64,000 nucleotides of DNA from Camelus dromedarius (lineage: Eukaryota). Every line of letters begins with the position of its first letter. The first letter of the stretch is position 1. Of the stretch, positions 1 through 12,605 are shown one piece after another. Below the pieces are notes generated by a model. The model made no database searches, was not told the origin of the DNA, and was given only the letters and a program-made list of their open reading frames with translations. The stretch is from contig NC_087436.1 of NCBI RefSeq assembly GCF_036321535.1, positions 26,848,001 through 26,912,000 of the forward strand, read 5' to 3'. The position numbers and the translations under genes are program-made.

Positions 1-207
1 TCAAATTGGGAACCTGGAGCAATTGTAGATCTCACCTTGTGTTTTTCCCATCTCTAAGAAACCACTGTCTTCCATTACTTGATGTCCAGTGTGTTGAGAA
101 GCATTCTTTAATGAATTTTGCTTTTTTTTGAGAGCTGTGGGTTTTTTTTTTCAGGCAGAAAAGTAAATCTGTACCTGTTACTCTATTTTCTTGATAAGCA
201 AGTGTCC
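1..207 (-). mobile_element. Ancient L1 (L1M-type) 5' end relic
   Basis: Reverse complement of aaatctgtacctgttactctattttcttgataagcaagtgtc resembles the old L1M 5' start (..ccaagatggagtaacagggaccagattt..), from memory of the consensus. Confidence 0.4.
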
Positions 208-811
208 CAATGATTTAAATAATATTATTATTTTATGATTACATAAATAATGTTTATTCTAGAAAACTCAAATACAACCAGAAAATGTAGAAAAATTTCC
301 ATTGAAATTTCCTACTCTGAGAATTACCAACTACTATCACTATTAACATATTTTGACTATTCATTTATGCATAAATTTAAGTGTGTGTGTGTACTCATAA
401 ATAGTACTTTATGTAAATGGAACTTTTTTTTGATTTATAATAATGGAACCAATCTTCTATACTCTCCTGCATTATGCTTTCCACATACATAATATATTAT
501 GAATATCCTCAGAGTTATAGCTCTAATTCATTGTAATGATTTTAATTCATTTATTTCTATATTTTAAAACATTACATGGAGCATGATTATACAATTATAC
601 AGTTGTTTTTTTGTACTGATGGAATTCACTTTTTAAAATTCTTGACTCAAGCTAAAGATGAAGCAATAATAATTATTTCATATATATTCTTTCAAAGGGG
701 GATTTTTTTTTTAATGATGGAGTCTGAGAAACAGCTACAAGCCACACTATTCATCAAACTATTTTAAGGATTTTGCTTTTATTCTGAATCAAATAAAATA
801 GTGTTAGAAGG

Positions 812-1725
812 AAATCCATGCAATCGAGTAATAAGTTCTAGTTCTACGGTTGGGTTCTTTAAAAGGAAAAGTTCACTGAGAGAAGTTTCCAGATCATATA
901 TTTAAATGAAAATTCTATGAAACTTGTCCTGTTTGAAATAAATTCTTTAACAAAATTTATTACAGATTAGTTAATGGCACTAAGATAAAATCTAGAATTA
1001 TTGTATTCCATATTACAGTGCAAAAGTATTCCTGAAAAAGTACTACAGTACTACATTATAAAGTATCTCCCTCAGCTAAAGAAGACAGTAACTAAGACTA
1101 TGAACTATTTGGAAATTCTGGTTTATTTAGGCAGTCAAACTTTGTTGAGGGGAGATACTGAAAAATATGACAGGTGATTTCTTAGGATTCCACAGCGCCC
1201 TAAGGAACCAAGGTTGAAATTGTTACTTGACAAGTGTCAGTTTTGTGGCACCTCAGTAAATTAGATGGGACAGTGTCTTGATAGCAGAGGCTGAGCTAAG
1301 TCTGGATTCCTGCCTTCCCTCACTTGCTCTATCCTACAAAATTTAGGGAACTAAATGTATTTTGGGTCTTAGAGCACACTGCAGGTAGTCTGTCAATGAC
1401 TAGTCCAGTAGTGCCAAGCCTCTCTGCATTATTACTCATGGCCAATTCTAAAACCTTTCACCACCAAGCTTCTGGTCACAGCTTACAGTGCCAGGTGTGG
1501 CTCGGAGACTCTGGCTCATTCATTTGCACAGGAATGGTGGTGTCGAGCCCGTATGTGTACTTTAAAAATATTAGTGATCTGACAACTTAAGAGTAATTTG
1601 TTAAATTCACATATAGCAGACTTCGCAAAGTGGTAATAGTATCTTAGACATGTTATACTCAGGAAACTTCCAAGAAAAATAAACCATATAATTCACTAGT
1701 AGAAGGCTATTTGATGGGAGACTAC
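812..1725 (+). mobile_element. Decayed Gypsy-type LTR retrotransposon pol, reverse transcriptase/RNase H part
   Basis: One frame from 1100 reads MNYLEILVYLGSQTLLRGDTEKYDR*FLRIPQRPKEPRLKLLLDKCQFCGTSVN*MG (Gypsy pattern MN..EVLVYLDD...LKLSLDKCQF..SV.Y.GH). After a shift near 1355 it reads CILGLRAHCR*SVND*SSSAKPL (pattern SFLG..GYYRRFV.DYS..AKPL). Confidence 0.75.
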
Positions 1726-1729
1726 TCTG

Positions 1730-2205
1730 GTTACTAGTGGTGCATAAATAATTGCCCCCAAAACTAAGTGCTTCAAATAATCATTTTGTATTGCTCATGA
1801 TTTTGTGGGGCACAGATTTGGAAAGGTCTCAAATCACCCACAGGCTCAAGAAGAACTGGATATTAAACTTGGCTCAGTCTTTCTCAGGGCTGGAAGTTGA
1901 TGATGGCTACTGACTGCTATATGTAGCACAGTCAGCATGTTGTTCTCAGAAAAGTCAGACTTTATAAGGGCAGCTACCTTCCCCATAGCAAAAATCCTTG
2001 GAGAACCAGATGATAGAAGCAGTGATCTAGCCTTGGCAGTCTCATACCATCACTTCTACCATACCTTACTGGTCAAAGAAGTCACAAGGCCTGCCAAAAG
2101 GAAGGAATTGGATTTCAACACTTGATGTAGAGTGAAGAGGTGACATTAAAAAAAAAAAAAAAAAGCATGTGTGATATGGAATATAACTTTATGGCTATTT
2201 TATGG
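1730..2205 (-). mobile_element. MaLR LTR (MLT1F/G/H-like) inserted into the Gypsy relic
   Basis: MLT1 antisense motifs: ccccaaaactaagtgcttcaaataa, tgctcatgattttgtggg, atctagccttggcagtctcataccatcacttctaccata. Confidence 0.7.
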
Positions 2206-2229
2206 CTAAAGTGAGTTAATTTTATCCTT

Positions 2230-3010
2230 ATCACTACAAGAGTGACAGAAATCATATTTTATTATTAGAGCATTGATTCAGATACATTCCCCCACAAACA
2301 GCTTATAGAGCAGATAGTAATGTCTTAGAAATAGCAACCCATAGATCCATACATGCTATATGATCAATCTGGATGTAGGAGAAGAAACAAATATTAGGAT
2401 CAATTAGGGATTAGTTCTTCTGGTATAAAGATATTAATGCACCATAGCTAAAAGCAAACAAACTTGATATTTGTGTCTAAAGCACATAGTAGCAAATATG
2501 GCTCACAAAAGTGTACAATTTAAACCATGTACATCCATAGTAACTAATACCTACCTAGCTTGAATTTATTTATTCATAGTCTCTAGGTTTAGAATAACAG
2601 AATCTTTGAAACCTACTGATTCAAACTATTCAACTCACTGAACCCAGCCACATGTCATTGAAACTGAAAACTCCATTGTGGAAGAGACGATGTAGAGAAT
2701 GTTATAGTCTTTTTATGGATTGTCTACTGGGATCTAGTCCTATTAAGGGAACATTTTTGTAGCTTGCCTAATAGGGAAAATGTATTAAGCATTTTAAATA
2801 TCTGAACCACTCCCTATCATCCTCAAAGGGATCTTGACTAATTTAAAAGAATTTTCAACCATAATGGGAACTCTCTGTCAGAAGTAGGAAAGGCAGGAGA
2901 ATAGGTCCTGGGTTTTTAACTAGATGCATAAATATTTCCTAGGAGAACACTGTTCCATCTTGCTGACGATCCCTCATCAACTCTTCTGTAGAAATCATTG
3001 GGAAGATAAG
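2230..3010 (+). mobile_element. Decayed Gypsy-type integrase
   Basis: EQIVMS*K*QPIDPYMLYDQSG from 2308 (QLVLP..LHD..GH); IRD*FFW at 2403-2423 (RDRFYW); YGLSTGI*SY*G at 2714-2749 (YG.P..IHSDQG); TTPYHPQ at 2806-2826; then MGTL and PHQLFCR. Motifs are in the expected order. Confidence 0.75.
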
Positions 3011-3548
3011 AATAATTTTCTATAGGAATAAATATTTTTTAAGTATAACAATACCCAAAAGTTCAATCTAGGCTAGAATTCACCTAAGAATTTTGACAAT
3101 ATATGCCTATTTATTTCTCAGAATACCTTTGTAGTAGGTACTATTATAATTATTTTACAAATGACATCTCCCTCCCTTAAAACTTTGTTACATAAACCTC
3201 AGTATCTACGTTTACCTGTGCTTTACCGCTCTTTATTAAGTTGGCTACCAAATTTCTGTTTCCAATTAATTTAACTGTAGTCATATAAGAACACGAATAT
3301 TTATAGTTGAGGTCCTATTATAAAAAAGAATATTCCTTGTACTATGTTTTTACATATGGAAATTCTATTGGGAAGAGGTGTTTTAATTTAGTATTTCACG
3401 GAAAATTCATTGTCATACATTATAAAGAGTTAAAATTTATATAAAATCTCTGCCCTTATGGTATATAAGGGGGATATTATTCTGCCCTATTTCATCTCAC
3501 ATGCATTGTGGAGTTTAGTCTACCTACATAACCTATTGACACCACTGA

Positions 3549-4400
3549 TGTAAGAGCCTCTAGACTTCACTGGAGCAGATGTAAGAAGACTTATTTATAA
3601 CCAGTTCTCTAGGTACCAGGGTTATACCACAGAATAAAGGAGTTAAAAACACTGCTTTTTGAGTCTTTGGGAGTAATTCAAGTTGGGTTTGCCTGGTAGT
3701 AAATTCTGAGATATTAGGATTTAGAATGCATGTTAGAGAATGCTCTTTGGTTAAACATCTATGGATAGGAAGAGGAGGAAACAAGACTGATGAAAGAAAA
3801 AAATGTTGCTATGTGATGCTGTGTCAGGAAAGGCTGAAATGTCCCTTCACATTTATTCAATATTGAGACAGGAGGCAAAGTCTTTATAACCATGTTCACC
3901 TATCTATCAGTCATGAATTTGGACTGTCCCAAGAAGGACAGATGATTCTCTTCAGTCAAGGCAAAGCCTAAAGCAGGCTGATGGTTGAATTCCATCAGCC
4001 TGTAGTACCCAGTACCTGGATAGTAAGTCCTTTGTACTTGAAAGAGGATCTAGGCAGCATATTAGACCTACAAAGACATAACCTACAAAGACAGTGGTTA
4101 GAAGAGGAAAGAAGACACTAGGGCAGACTGTTCAATAAGAGACAGCATGAGGCACAGACTAGTAGCAGACAAGAACTTTGCACCTCAGCCCTTGGGGACT
4201 GGAACCAGACTTCCTGTAAGGGGAAGGTAATGTGAGAGACAAAAGGAGCCAAATTCACTGCATGATCCACAAAAGTCAAAAGTCAAGTCCCAACAGAATT
4301 TTAAGGCAAAACAAGAGTCAGTTCAACCGGTATCTGGCAGTTCTCCCCGTGTGTCACCATGAGGTGGAGAGACACCTGAGCAGTGATACGTATAGTATTT
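3549..4400 (-). mobile_element. Probable ancient LTR of unassigned family, interrupted by an LTR16-like element
   Basis: Begins tgtaagagcc at 3549 (minus-strand end ..gctcttaca). GC-richer sequence resumes at 4080-4400. Family not recognised. Confidence 0.25.
3675..4075 (-). mobile_element. ERVL-class LTR, LTR16-like
   Basis: Minus strand reads tgctgcctagatcctctttcaagtacaaaggacttact..., similar to the remembered LTR16 start (gccgcccagatcccccttcagga..gacttatt). Confidence 0.55.
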
Positions 4401-5177
4401 GAGCAATACCAAACTGAATACAAGACTACAGTGATTTCTGCTAATTTGGGGTTATTCTTTGAGATACATCTGGCGGAAAAGGACCTGTTAAATGAGGTTT
4501 GTCATCTCCCCCCAAATGACAGCAGCTTTATCCAAGTAGTAGAAAGAATAAGGGATTCTGTCTTATGTTTTCCTAGGTTAAACAGGTTGAAAATAAATGT
4601 CCAATTCTAATGGTCTTCTTGAACATTTACTATTTTTGTCATAAACAAATGATTACCAGAACAAACAAGTTATGTTATTTAAAGACTATTATAACAATCA
4701 TTGACTTAGGTATTCACTAATAATCAAGAAAAGACATCCTAACACATAATTCAAAATGATCTCACTGAAGTTGATTTAAGGATAATACTGAGATATATTT
4801 CCTACAATTCAAGATTATGTGAGTTCCTTTCAATATGACACTGCCACAGAAAAGAGGGAAACAAACACTCATTTATCTTGTTTTCACACAATATGTAAAA
4901 TCATTCAATTGAAGAACTTTTGATTAAATGGCTAAATTAGAATACTCCCTGAATCAAACACAAAATATCTGAAAGAAAAAAGAAGACTTCTTATAATAAA
5001 ATTACTCCACTGCTTGTATTCCAATTTAATGTAAAGGGATATTTCATTATATTTTCAGGTGAGAAGTTATTGAGTTTCAGGTTTTACATGAATGGGAATA
5101 AACACTATCACCAGATTGAAGATAACTAGTCACTCCTGGTCTTTTGAAACTTTGCAGTACCATATCTGGAAATTTTT

Positions 5178-5220
5178 AACATTCTTTTAATATGTAGCCA
5201 AACATTCTTTTAATATGTAG
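5178..5220. repeat. Direct repeat aacattcttttaatatgtag x2 (23-bp period)
   Basis: Identical 20-mers at 5178-5197 and 5201-5220. Confidence 0.95.
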
Positions 5221-5431
5221 GTTTTCAATAATAATAACCTTTCACTTGATAATTTAAGTTTCCAGACCATTTGGAGGTTTATCTTTCTATGCTTTGAATA
5301 TTTCATTCTGCCCTAAGTAATGAAGAATTTTTTAAAATACAGGAGTCCTGTCTTTGCTACTTCTACCAGAATATACTCCAGTAATAAATAAATAATTTTT
5401 CATACTACATTTGGAAAACATGGGGGATTTC

Positions 5432-5497
5432 TCTACTAATGTATACAATTACATCAGTGAAGAATCTACTAATGTATACAATTACATCACTGAAGAA
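5432..5497. repeat. 33-bp tandem duplication
   Basis: tctactaatgtatacaattacatca(g/c)tgaagaa at 5432-5464 and 5465-5497, one mismatch. Confidence 0.95.
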
Positions 5498-6386
5498 TTA
5501 TATCATTTTATATATATAATTATAACAGAAATGTACAATTATATCATGACTATTCTTAGTATATTTTATATTTATTTCAGATATTATGTCAAGATTAAAA
5601 GACAAATGTTAAAAACGAGGAAAAAAAGGACTAGAATGTGATATAAATTTTATCTGTAATCAATGAAGCATGGTGATGAAAAATACCAAAGCACACATTC
5701 ATTTATTTAAAAAAATTAAATCTAATACAATACACTGTGACTTACTTATTAAGAAGGTAAGATATTTAAAGTACCAATTAAAAGGATATATGGATGTAAA
5801 AATAATACAATCTAATTGCAAGAATGAAGAGTTAGTGGACAAACTTTCTGTATTTTCCTTTGAATAAAAAAAATTAGTCTCTCATTAGTCTAATCTGCCT
5901 TTATCTGTTGCTCAGTTTTGAAAAAGAATGCATGATATATTGAGTGTGTTTTTTTATTTTCCAAACAGCTTAGTGTTAGTATTAATGACTAACCTTAATA
6001 CACTAGGATTTTACCCTTTTTACTTGGTTCAGCAGAAAGACTGCAGAATCAGAAATCACGTAATTCTGATCCCACCACTAACCACCTTTGTTTACACATT
6101 TAAGGACAGATCTTAGAAACTAAATTTAAAAATGGGTTTTGTCCTAGGCATACTAGCAAGAGTGCCCTTTTCTCTGAATGCATTAGAGACACAAACTGAT
6201 AGTGGAACAAGGCCGCTAGTCCAACTCCCTTTAACCAGAAAAAAATTTCTCATGTATTTTTAATAACATGAGATTCTGAGTGTTACTTCTTTTGAAGAAA
6301 GTTCTCTATGTGGTTGTATGATTTGCACGAAATGTAGGCTAAGTCAGAGATGTTTAGAGTCGGGAGAATCTTTAGTGATCTCATTC

Positions 6387-6564
6387 AGTACTTTCAACAC
6401 ATAAGCAGTCATCAACTCAATGGAAAATCTTCATAAAGAGACAGATATCCCAGGTCTGCCTCCTAGAGATTATGGCTCAGTAAGTCTGAATTTGGAGCTA
6501 GAAAATTGTGATTTTTAGAAAAGCTCCTGCAATGAATTGTGGTCAATCACATTGGGAACAACTG
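6387..6564. mobile_element. hAT-Charlie MITE (MER5A-like), apparently inside a MIR
   Basis: agagattatggctcagtaagtctg...aagctcc...ttgggaacaactg resembles MER5A; flanks are MIR-like. Confidence 0.5.
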
Positions 6565-7125
6565 ATCGAGGCTTTTCCTTAGTTTAAGAATGACAAAATT
6601 AATAATCAGAAAAGGAATAACATCTAGGTGGCTGTCTTCTGCCCCCAAGTCAATGCTACATACAGTAGAACTGTCTCTTTATATTTCATTATAATACACA
6701 TCAAAGAAATACATTAATTTGCCACAAGTTAGATGCTTCAATATTGAAAGTTAGAGATTTTATGAATAAGTTTTATAATAAATATTCTTGATATGCATCT
6801 ATGGCAAGAGTACCAGCCAGTTGTGTAACTCATAGACAAGAGCCTTCAGGGTATTCTGATGACATTCCAGAATTTGGTCATCTTCTTGTTTTCCCTATGA
6901 CTAGATGTTGACATTAACTTCTCTAACATAAAGTTTGTATAGAAAAGACAGGTTTCTGTTTCTAAAAGAGCTAGTCATATAAACTTAAAATAACTGCCAT
7001 TTGTTCTGCCCTTTAACAGATTTTCAAATATGTTTATATTTAGCATTTCATTTTTCAGAAACACTCCATGAGGCACATTGATGCTAATGTAAAGGGTACA
7101 ACACCCAAAAGCACATATATACATA

Positions 7126-7146
7126 TGTGTGTGTGTGTGTGTGTGT
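7126..7146. repeat. (TG)10 microsatellite
   Basis: Direct reading. Confidence 0.95.
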
Positions 7147-9579
7147 ATGTGTATTTCTTCTTTCAGAAAGGTAATAAGTGCTCATAGGTATGATATTGTA
7201 GGAAGATCAGGAGTTACAACTTTGTGGTATGACAAGCAGGATTTTCCAAAAATGATTCTGAGCATATACTTGTTTGCCGAGGAATCAGAGGTTTATTCCT
7301 TTCCCTTGGGAAGACACTGCACCTAAATGCTGAAGACGTCATACCCTTGGCTAGAGAAATCTCAACTATTCAGATGAGGGGAATCTAGTTTTCAGATACC
7401 TTCTGTAAATATCTGGTACTTAAACCTCAAAAGCCTGGTACCCAAGGAATCTATTTTTTCTCCTACTGGGATGGCTTTCATATTCACTCTACATGAAAAG
7501 AAAATAACAAGAGAAACAGGATTCATCCTTAGAAATGGAAAACCCACTATAAGTCCAATAGATCGCACACGTATTACCATGTTAATAAAAGAACTGGAGA
7601 TCACATGCCTCTTTTCTTCCTCCTGATTCTTTAATGCTAAGTGCACCCATTGATCCATGTCCAATGACATGGTAAAATTAACCATAAAATCTATTGTCAG
7701 TTAGTTGCCTCCACAAAGAGATCATCATTCCTAGACAGAAGTATTTAATTTTCTCATTCTTTAGTATATATACGAGAAAAAGAACTTAAATTTCCAGAAC
7801 AAAATGTTACATGGAAATTCTTTTTCTTGAAGTCAGAACACAATTGTCCACCATTTCCTATGCAGCAACCTATTTGAAGCCCTATAATCAAGATTTTCTT
7901 TGTCAGTCCTTTGAAAAATCTGACACTTTTTCACAAGAAAAAAAGTCCACATTCTTCAACTAGTAAACTGCAGCAACAAAGACTTGAGACAGAATCAAAA
8001 GATGGTCTTCTGTTCAGGCTCAGATGTTTCAGAGTGAATGGGATGGAGATGTGGATGGTAATGTAGACTTGAGAAAGGGAGAGGTTAGGTGCTCTCTAAT
8101 TGTTTTCCTAACAGTGATAACAGCAACATCTTTATTTAATGATTTCCTTCTAATAATTACTAAAAGACCAAGGTGACCTTACTCAACTGATCATTAAATT
8201 TTCCCTAGAGTTAATAAAAACCTCCTTTTTTTCTGAATTAGTGTATTGGCTTCAAAATACAGTGTCACTATTTAATTTTCACTATTAATTGTAAATATTA
8301 AAAATAAATATTGTTGCCTATTATTTAAGCAAATCACACTGTTGGACTTTCTGAGGCAGTGGTTAATAAGCAAATGGTAGATAAAACATCATTTTCACTC
8401 CTGTGAGTCTGCATGGATTAACTTTGCAAACTCTGACCTCAGCCACCGTCATTTCCATAGGCCTCACTGGACACAGGCCAAGGAGAAGCAGCATTATTTC
8501 AAACATATGAACTAGGAACAATTCAATATACACGTTTAGTCCCTCTCCAATCTTCTGGGTTCATCAGAACAAGGAAGCCCTCCAAAGTTCACACACCTAT
8601 AGACAGGGCAGCCCCTCTTAGAGAACTCCTTTGTGAGTCTCCCTGAGAAGTCTCATTAGAGATCCAAGAAAACCTGTCTCAATTTCAGGATACAAGTTGA
8701 CAGAAGTTATTTCAGTTGATCTCGCTGAATGCCACAGAGAATAAAACTCAGAATTTTCTTATCCTGAGATCATGGGACAATTCTGAGCTTCCAGTTTATC
8801 CTCTACAATTCAGAAGCTATATCACATTTCCATTGTGTTGAACTTTCAAATAAATTAGGCCATTTAACATTAAAGTTAGCATTAGAATATTTGTTTGGAA
8901 TCTTGCTGTCTTAGCCATTAACTGGGTATATAACTATTCTGAAATTGCTGAATGTCCCTGACACATTCTACTTATCTGTAAAATAGAGAACTAAATATTA
9001 TTACTAACTAAAGGTTCATCTTAGGTCCAAAAATATTACCAACATCCACTTTAAATCTCAACAATCTATCAATTATTTCTTAGGTTCAGACTATCCATAT
9101 GTCCAGTTCATATTCCAGCAGCATCTTAATGGTCACTTACTCTAGCTTTCTCCCTCCCAGTGTTATTCACAGTGAGGTCGGAAATAGTTCTGTAAGGCAT
9201 TTCTAATCATGCCATTTTCCCTCAAATATTCTTAAGTCATTGGTTAATTTTTTTCAATCTCCAGAGGTAGTCAACCCCTAAATTCCTTACTAATTAATGC
9301 CTGATTACACCCACAAATACTTCACATTGCTCAGTGATTACATCATATGTTTGTCCTTGCTTATGGTCTTTGAGGCAGTTCCTGATCACACTCAGAATGT
9401 TTTTGCCCTTCACCATTTATTTGCCTAACTTTTACACTTTCTTCAGGATTCTGCTCAATAATTATTTCCTATTGGGAGTAACAAACTTCTTCAAAACCTT
9501 CTAAGTTGGAACTTACCCTGTTATATGTTCACATAGAACTTTTTTTCTCTCTTTTTTTTTTACGTTGGCCATTATTTTT

Positions 9580-10198
9580 TGTGGGTTCGTCACCAGTTGT
9601 GGGTTCTGGCCAGCAGAAGTCCCACCGAGACGGAATGAATTACTCAAGACTCTGTGGAAAAGTCAAGAGAGCGAGAGGGAGTGTAGGGGGTGGGGAAGCC
9701 AACTCCCTGAGCCTCTCAAATCTCCCATATTTATTGAGTACAGTCAAAGGAGGAATGCAGAAATTTAGGGAAGGACAGGGTGGGATCACAATGAGTACAA
9801 AGGCTTTGTTTATTGTTGGTGTTTGGCTCAAGGTCAGAAGACCCTTTTGGTGAATCATGTTCTTGTTGAGCCTTACAGCTTATCAGGGCAGAACGTATGA
9901 GAATCAGCTGCTTAACAACTTGGACTCAGGCGGCTGTGCCTGTCTTAGGTTGCCCCCCTCAGGGGATCTTACCCGTCATTGGCTAACTAGCCTTCTAACC
10001 TCTGAGTCTGCAGCTTTTTACCATTCCAGCCCAAGGCTGTTCTGGGGATAGAAGACTAACAGCAGGCACACCCAGCGTTTATAACCGGGGGCCTTGGTCA
10101 TTGCTAAAACCTCAAGGCAGTTACTAAGCACATCTTCTTTAAGGAGATAAGCGGCTTGGATCTGTTACAATTTGTTAACCCAATCATGGGCTCCCACA
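9580..10198 (-). mobile_element. Young retroviral solo LTR (class II/ERVK-like), 619 bp
   Basis: Inverted termini TGTGGG...CCCACA; perfect 6-bp TSD ATTTTT (9574-9579, 10199-10204); minus-strand AATAAA at 9730-9735; about 10 retained CpGs. Confidence 0.85.
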
Positions 10199-10730
10199 AT
10201 TTTTATTTTTTTCTTCCAGTTTTATTGGTTATATAATTAGCATAGAACACTGTATAAGTTTAAGGTGTACAGCATAATGACTCAGCATATGTATATTCTG
10301 AAATGATTACCACAATATATTTAGTTAATATCCATCACACCAAATTGTCACAAATTTTTTTCCTTTTGATGAGAGCTTTTAGGATTTACTCTCTTAGCAA
10401 CTTTCAAATATACCATACAACAGTGTTGACTACAGTCATCATATACATTACATTCCTGGGAGCTACTTGTCTTATAACCCGGAAATCTGTAGCTCTTACT
10501 CCTCATTCCTTACCCCCAGACTTCGGCAATCACAAATCTGATCTTTATTTCTATCAGGGTTTTTGTTTTTTTTTTCATTTCACTTATAAGAGAGATCATG
10601 CAGCATTTGCCTTTCTCTGACTTATTTCACTTAGCATAATGCTCTCAAGGTCCACCCGTATTGCTGTAAATGGCAAGATTTCCATTTTTTATGGTAAAGT
10701 AACATTCCATTGTATATATACACCATATTT
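10199..10730 (-). mobile_element. L1 3' end (L1MA9-like)
   Basis: tataagtttaaggtgtacagcataatg...gaaatgattaccacaat...cttatttcacttagcataatg; the T-rich tail continues left of the LTR. Confidence 0.75.
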
Positions 10731-10761
10731 TCTTTTCTTTTTTAGTTTAATCTCTATATCT

Positions 10762-10860
10762 TCTTTTTATTGATGTATAATACTTACAATTTTGTATTTG
10801 TACAAGATAGTGATTCAATATTTTAAACCTTACAAAATGATGAACGTGATGAGTCTAGTC
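10762..10860 (-). mobile_element. Short L1 3' tip
   Basis: tttttttattgatgtataat...atagtgattcaata...aatgatgaacgtgatgagtctagt. Confidence 0.45.
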
Positions 10861-11054
10861 TATGGTATTCCTATGACCTCATGCTGTCACCCCAGAGACC
10901 ACCACAAGTCAAAGCCCTCACCCTCTGACAATCTCAGTCCCTCTGTGACATCCTGGCTTTCTTAATAATTAGTAGATCCCAAATTCAGAACTCAAGAAAC
11001 AACTTAAGATTGTATGCTGTCACACATAATGATCTATATTCTCTTTTGTTGGCT

Positions 11055-11087
<33 letters not shown>
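11055..11087. repeat. (TAC)11 microsatellite
   Basis: Direct reading. Confidence 0.95.
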
Positions 11088-11089
<2 letters not shown>

Positions 11090-11999
11090 AAACAACAATA
11101 TTAATACATTTTGAGATGGACCAAATTATATTTTCCAAATGTGTCTTCAAGAAATTCTGTAGTAACGGATGAAATTACCTCTTAGATAAAAGAAAGGAGG
11201 ATGGAAAAACTAGCCTCACCAAGGGCTCAATGCACAATATAACTTCATCTCCCTGATTCAAAATAACTTCAAGATAAGTAGCACAATGTTGCCAGTACAA
11301 CCTATAGGTCCAAATTTAGTCTATTTTGACTCTTAACAGTAAGTCCTGTAAGTTCATCTAAAAGGACAACAATACATGAAGCCAACACATTTGAAAGGAT
11401 TCAGTCATTTTTGTAAAGAGGTCAAATCTAGTTATAACCAATAATAAAATAATTCAACTTATTCTAAAAACAGCTGAATCATAGAGTAGAATTTGAAATT
11501 AATTTTTAAATGTTAATTTTTATCAGTGATCATGGCTACATATGCAGTAAAATCTATTACCTAAAACCAGTGGATTCCATATTGAAAGATAAAGTTGGAA
11601 TATTAACTCATCTGTAACACTGAATTCCACAGACCATGACTGACAAATTAGACTTGTTTTTAAGGTCAAGAAAATTAGGAAATTCTTATTCTTGAGAAAA
11701 TACAGTTATTTGTACTTGTGTGATTAGTAGTTATATGTAGGTTTTCTTTAGAGTTTTTTTTTTTTTTTTTGAATAATGTCTCCACCTAAAAAGTATTTAT
11801 TTGGAGGCAATGGTTTCTGAATAGTTTAAGCACAAACAGGCCCAAGTGATTTTTATTATTTAGATTCAAGATTGAAACTGGACATTATATGTGAAATTTT
11901 TCCATTTAACTTTTGTAAGAAAGGAAGTTTTGCGAGAAATCTGATGGGTGGGACCTTGTGCCATGATTTTTTAGCCACTTCTATGGTTTAATTGAAAGA

Positions 12000-12210
12000 A
12001 TGAGGACTTTGAGGTCAATTACACATGGCTTTAAATCTTTCCTCTACTTACTGTTTATGTGAATTTAGGCAAATTATACCCTTTTTCATAGTCTCCACCT
12101 CATCTTTTGGATAAGAATAAAATACTTAACATTGTAATTTATATTATTAAAAGATACAATGTATGAATAGGCCTAATACACAGAAGTAGCTCTTCACATG
12201 TTAGCCTATC
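12000..12210 (+). mobile_element. MIR SINE (degenerate)
   Basis: ggactttgaggtca...tttaaatc..ctctacttactg..tgtgaatttaggcaaatta; MIR core pattern. Confidence 0.5.
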
Positions 12211-12605
12211 ATAGTATGTTCCCCTTTGATTAGGATCTTTAAATTCACCCAATTCTATCCCTTCAGTTTGCACATAAGTTATCTTCAGACTAATGAGTTA
12301 TATTCAGACAGCAATAAATCACAATAAAACACAAAATGTGATAATAAAACTGAAAACTTAGGAATCAGTGTCCTTGGGAAAAATTATTAGGTAGAAGTCA
12401 AAGGATATTGATTTAAGTATTGACTGTCATATTGTGGTGAAATCATTAGAACATATTTAAATTTTTTTGGTTCTCAATTTCCTCACCTGTCTAATGTTCC
12501 TACTAATACTTTCATATGATTACCTTGATAATACATGTTAATGTGAATAGTACAGATAAATAAATGAGTAAATAAGATAAATTTTTGTTTTATTTGAATT
12601 TGATC

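Noticed and set aside
3549..4400. 3' LTR of the Gypsy relic
   Set aside because: It appears to be in the opposite orientation to the pol fragment and lacks an adjacent polypurine tract; the link is unsupported.
7392..7685. 97-aa minus ORF as a CR1/L3 RT remnant
   Set aside because: Only vague resemblance (VISSS, IFFSCRV); the diagnostic downstream motifs (DFSKAFD, GVPQGS) were not found.
9506..10051. Overlapping ORFs of 64-115 aa
   Set aside because: They lie in or across the solo LTR and show no gag/env/sag-like motifs that I can recognise.
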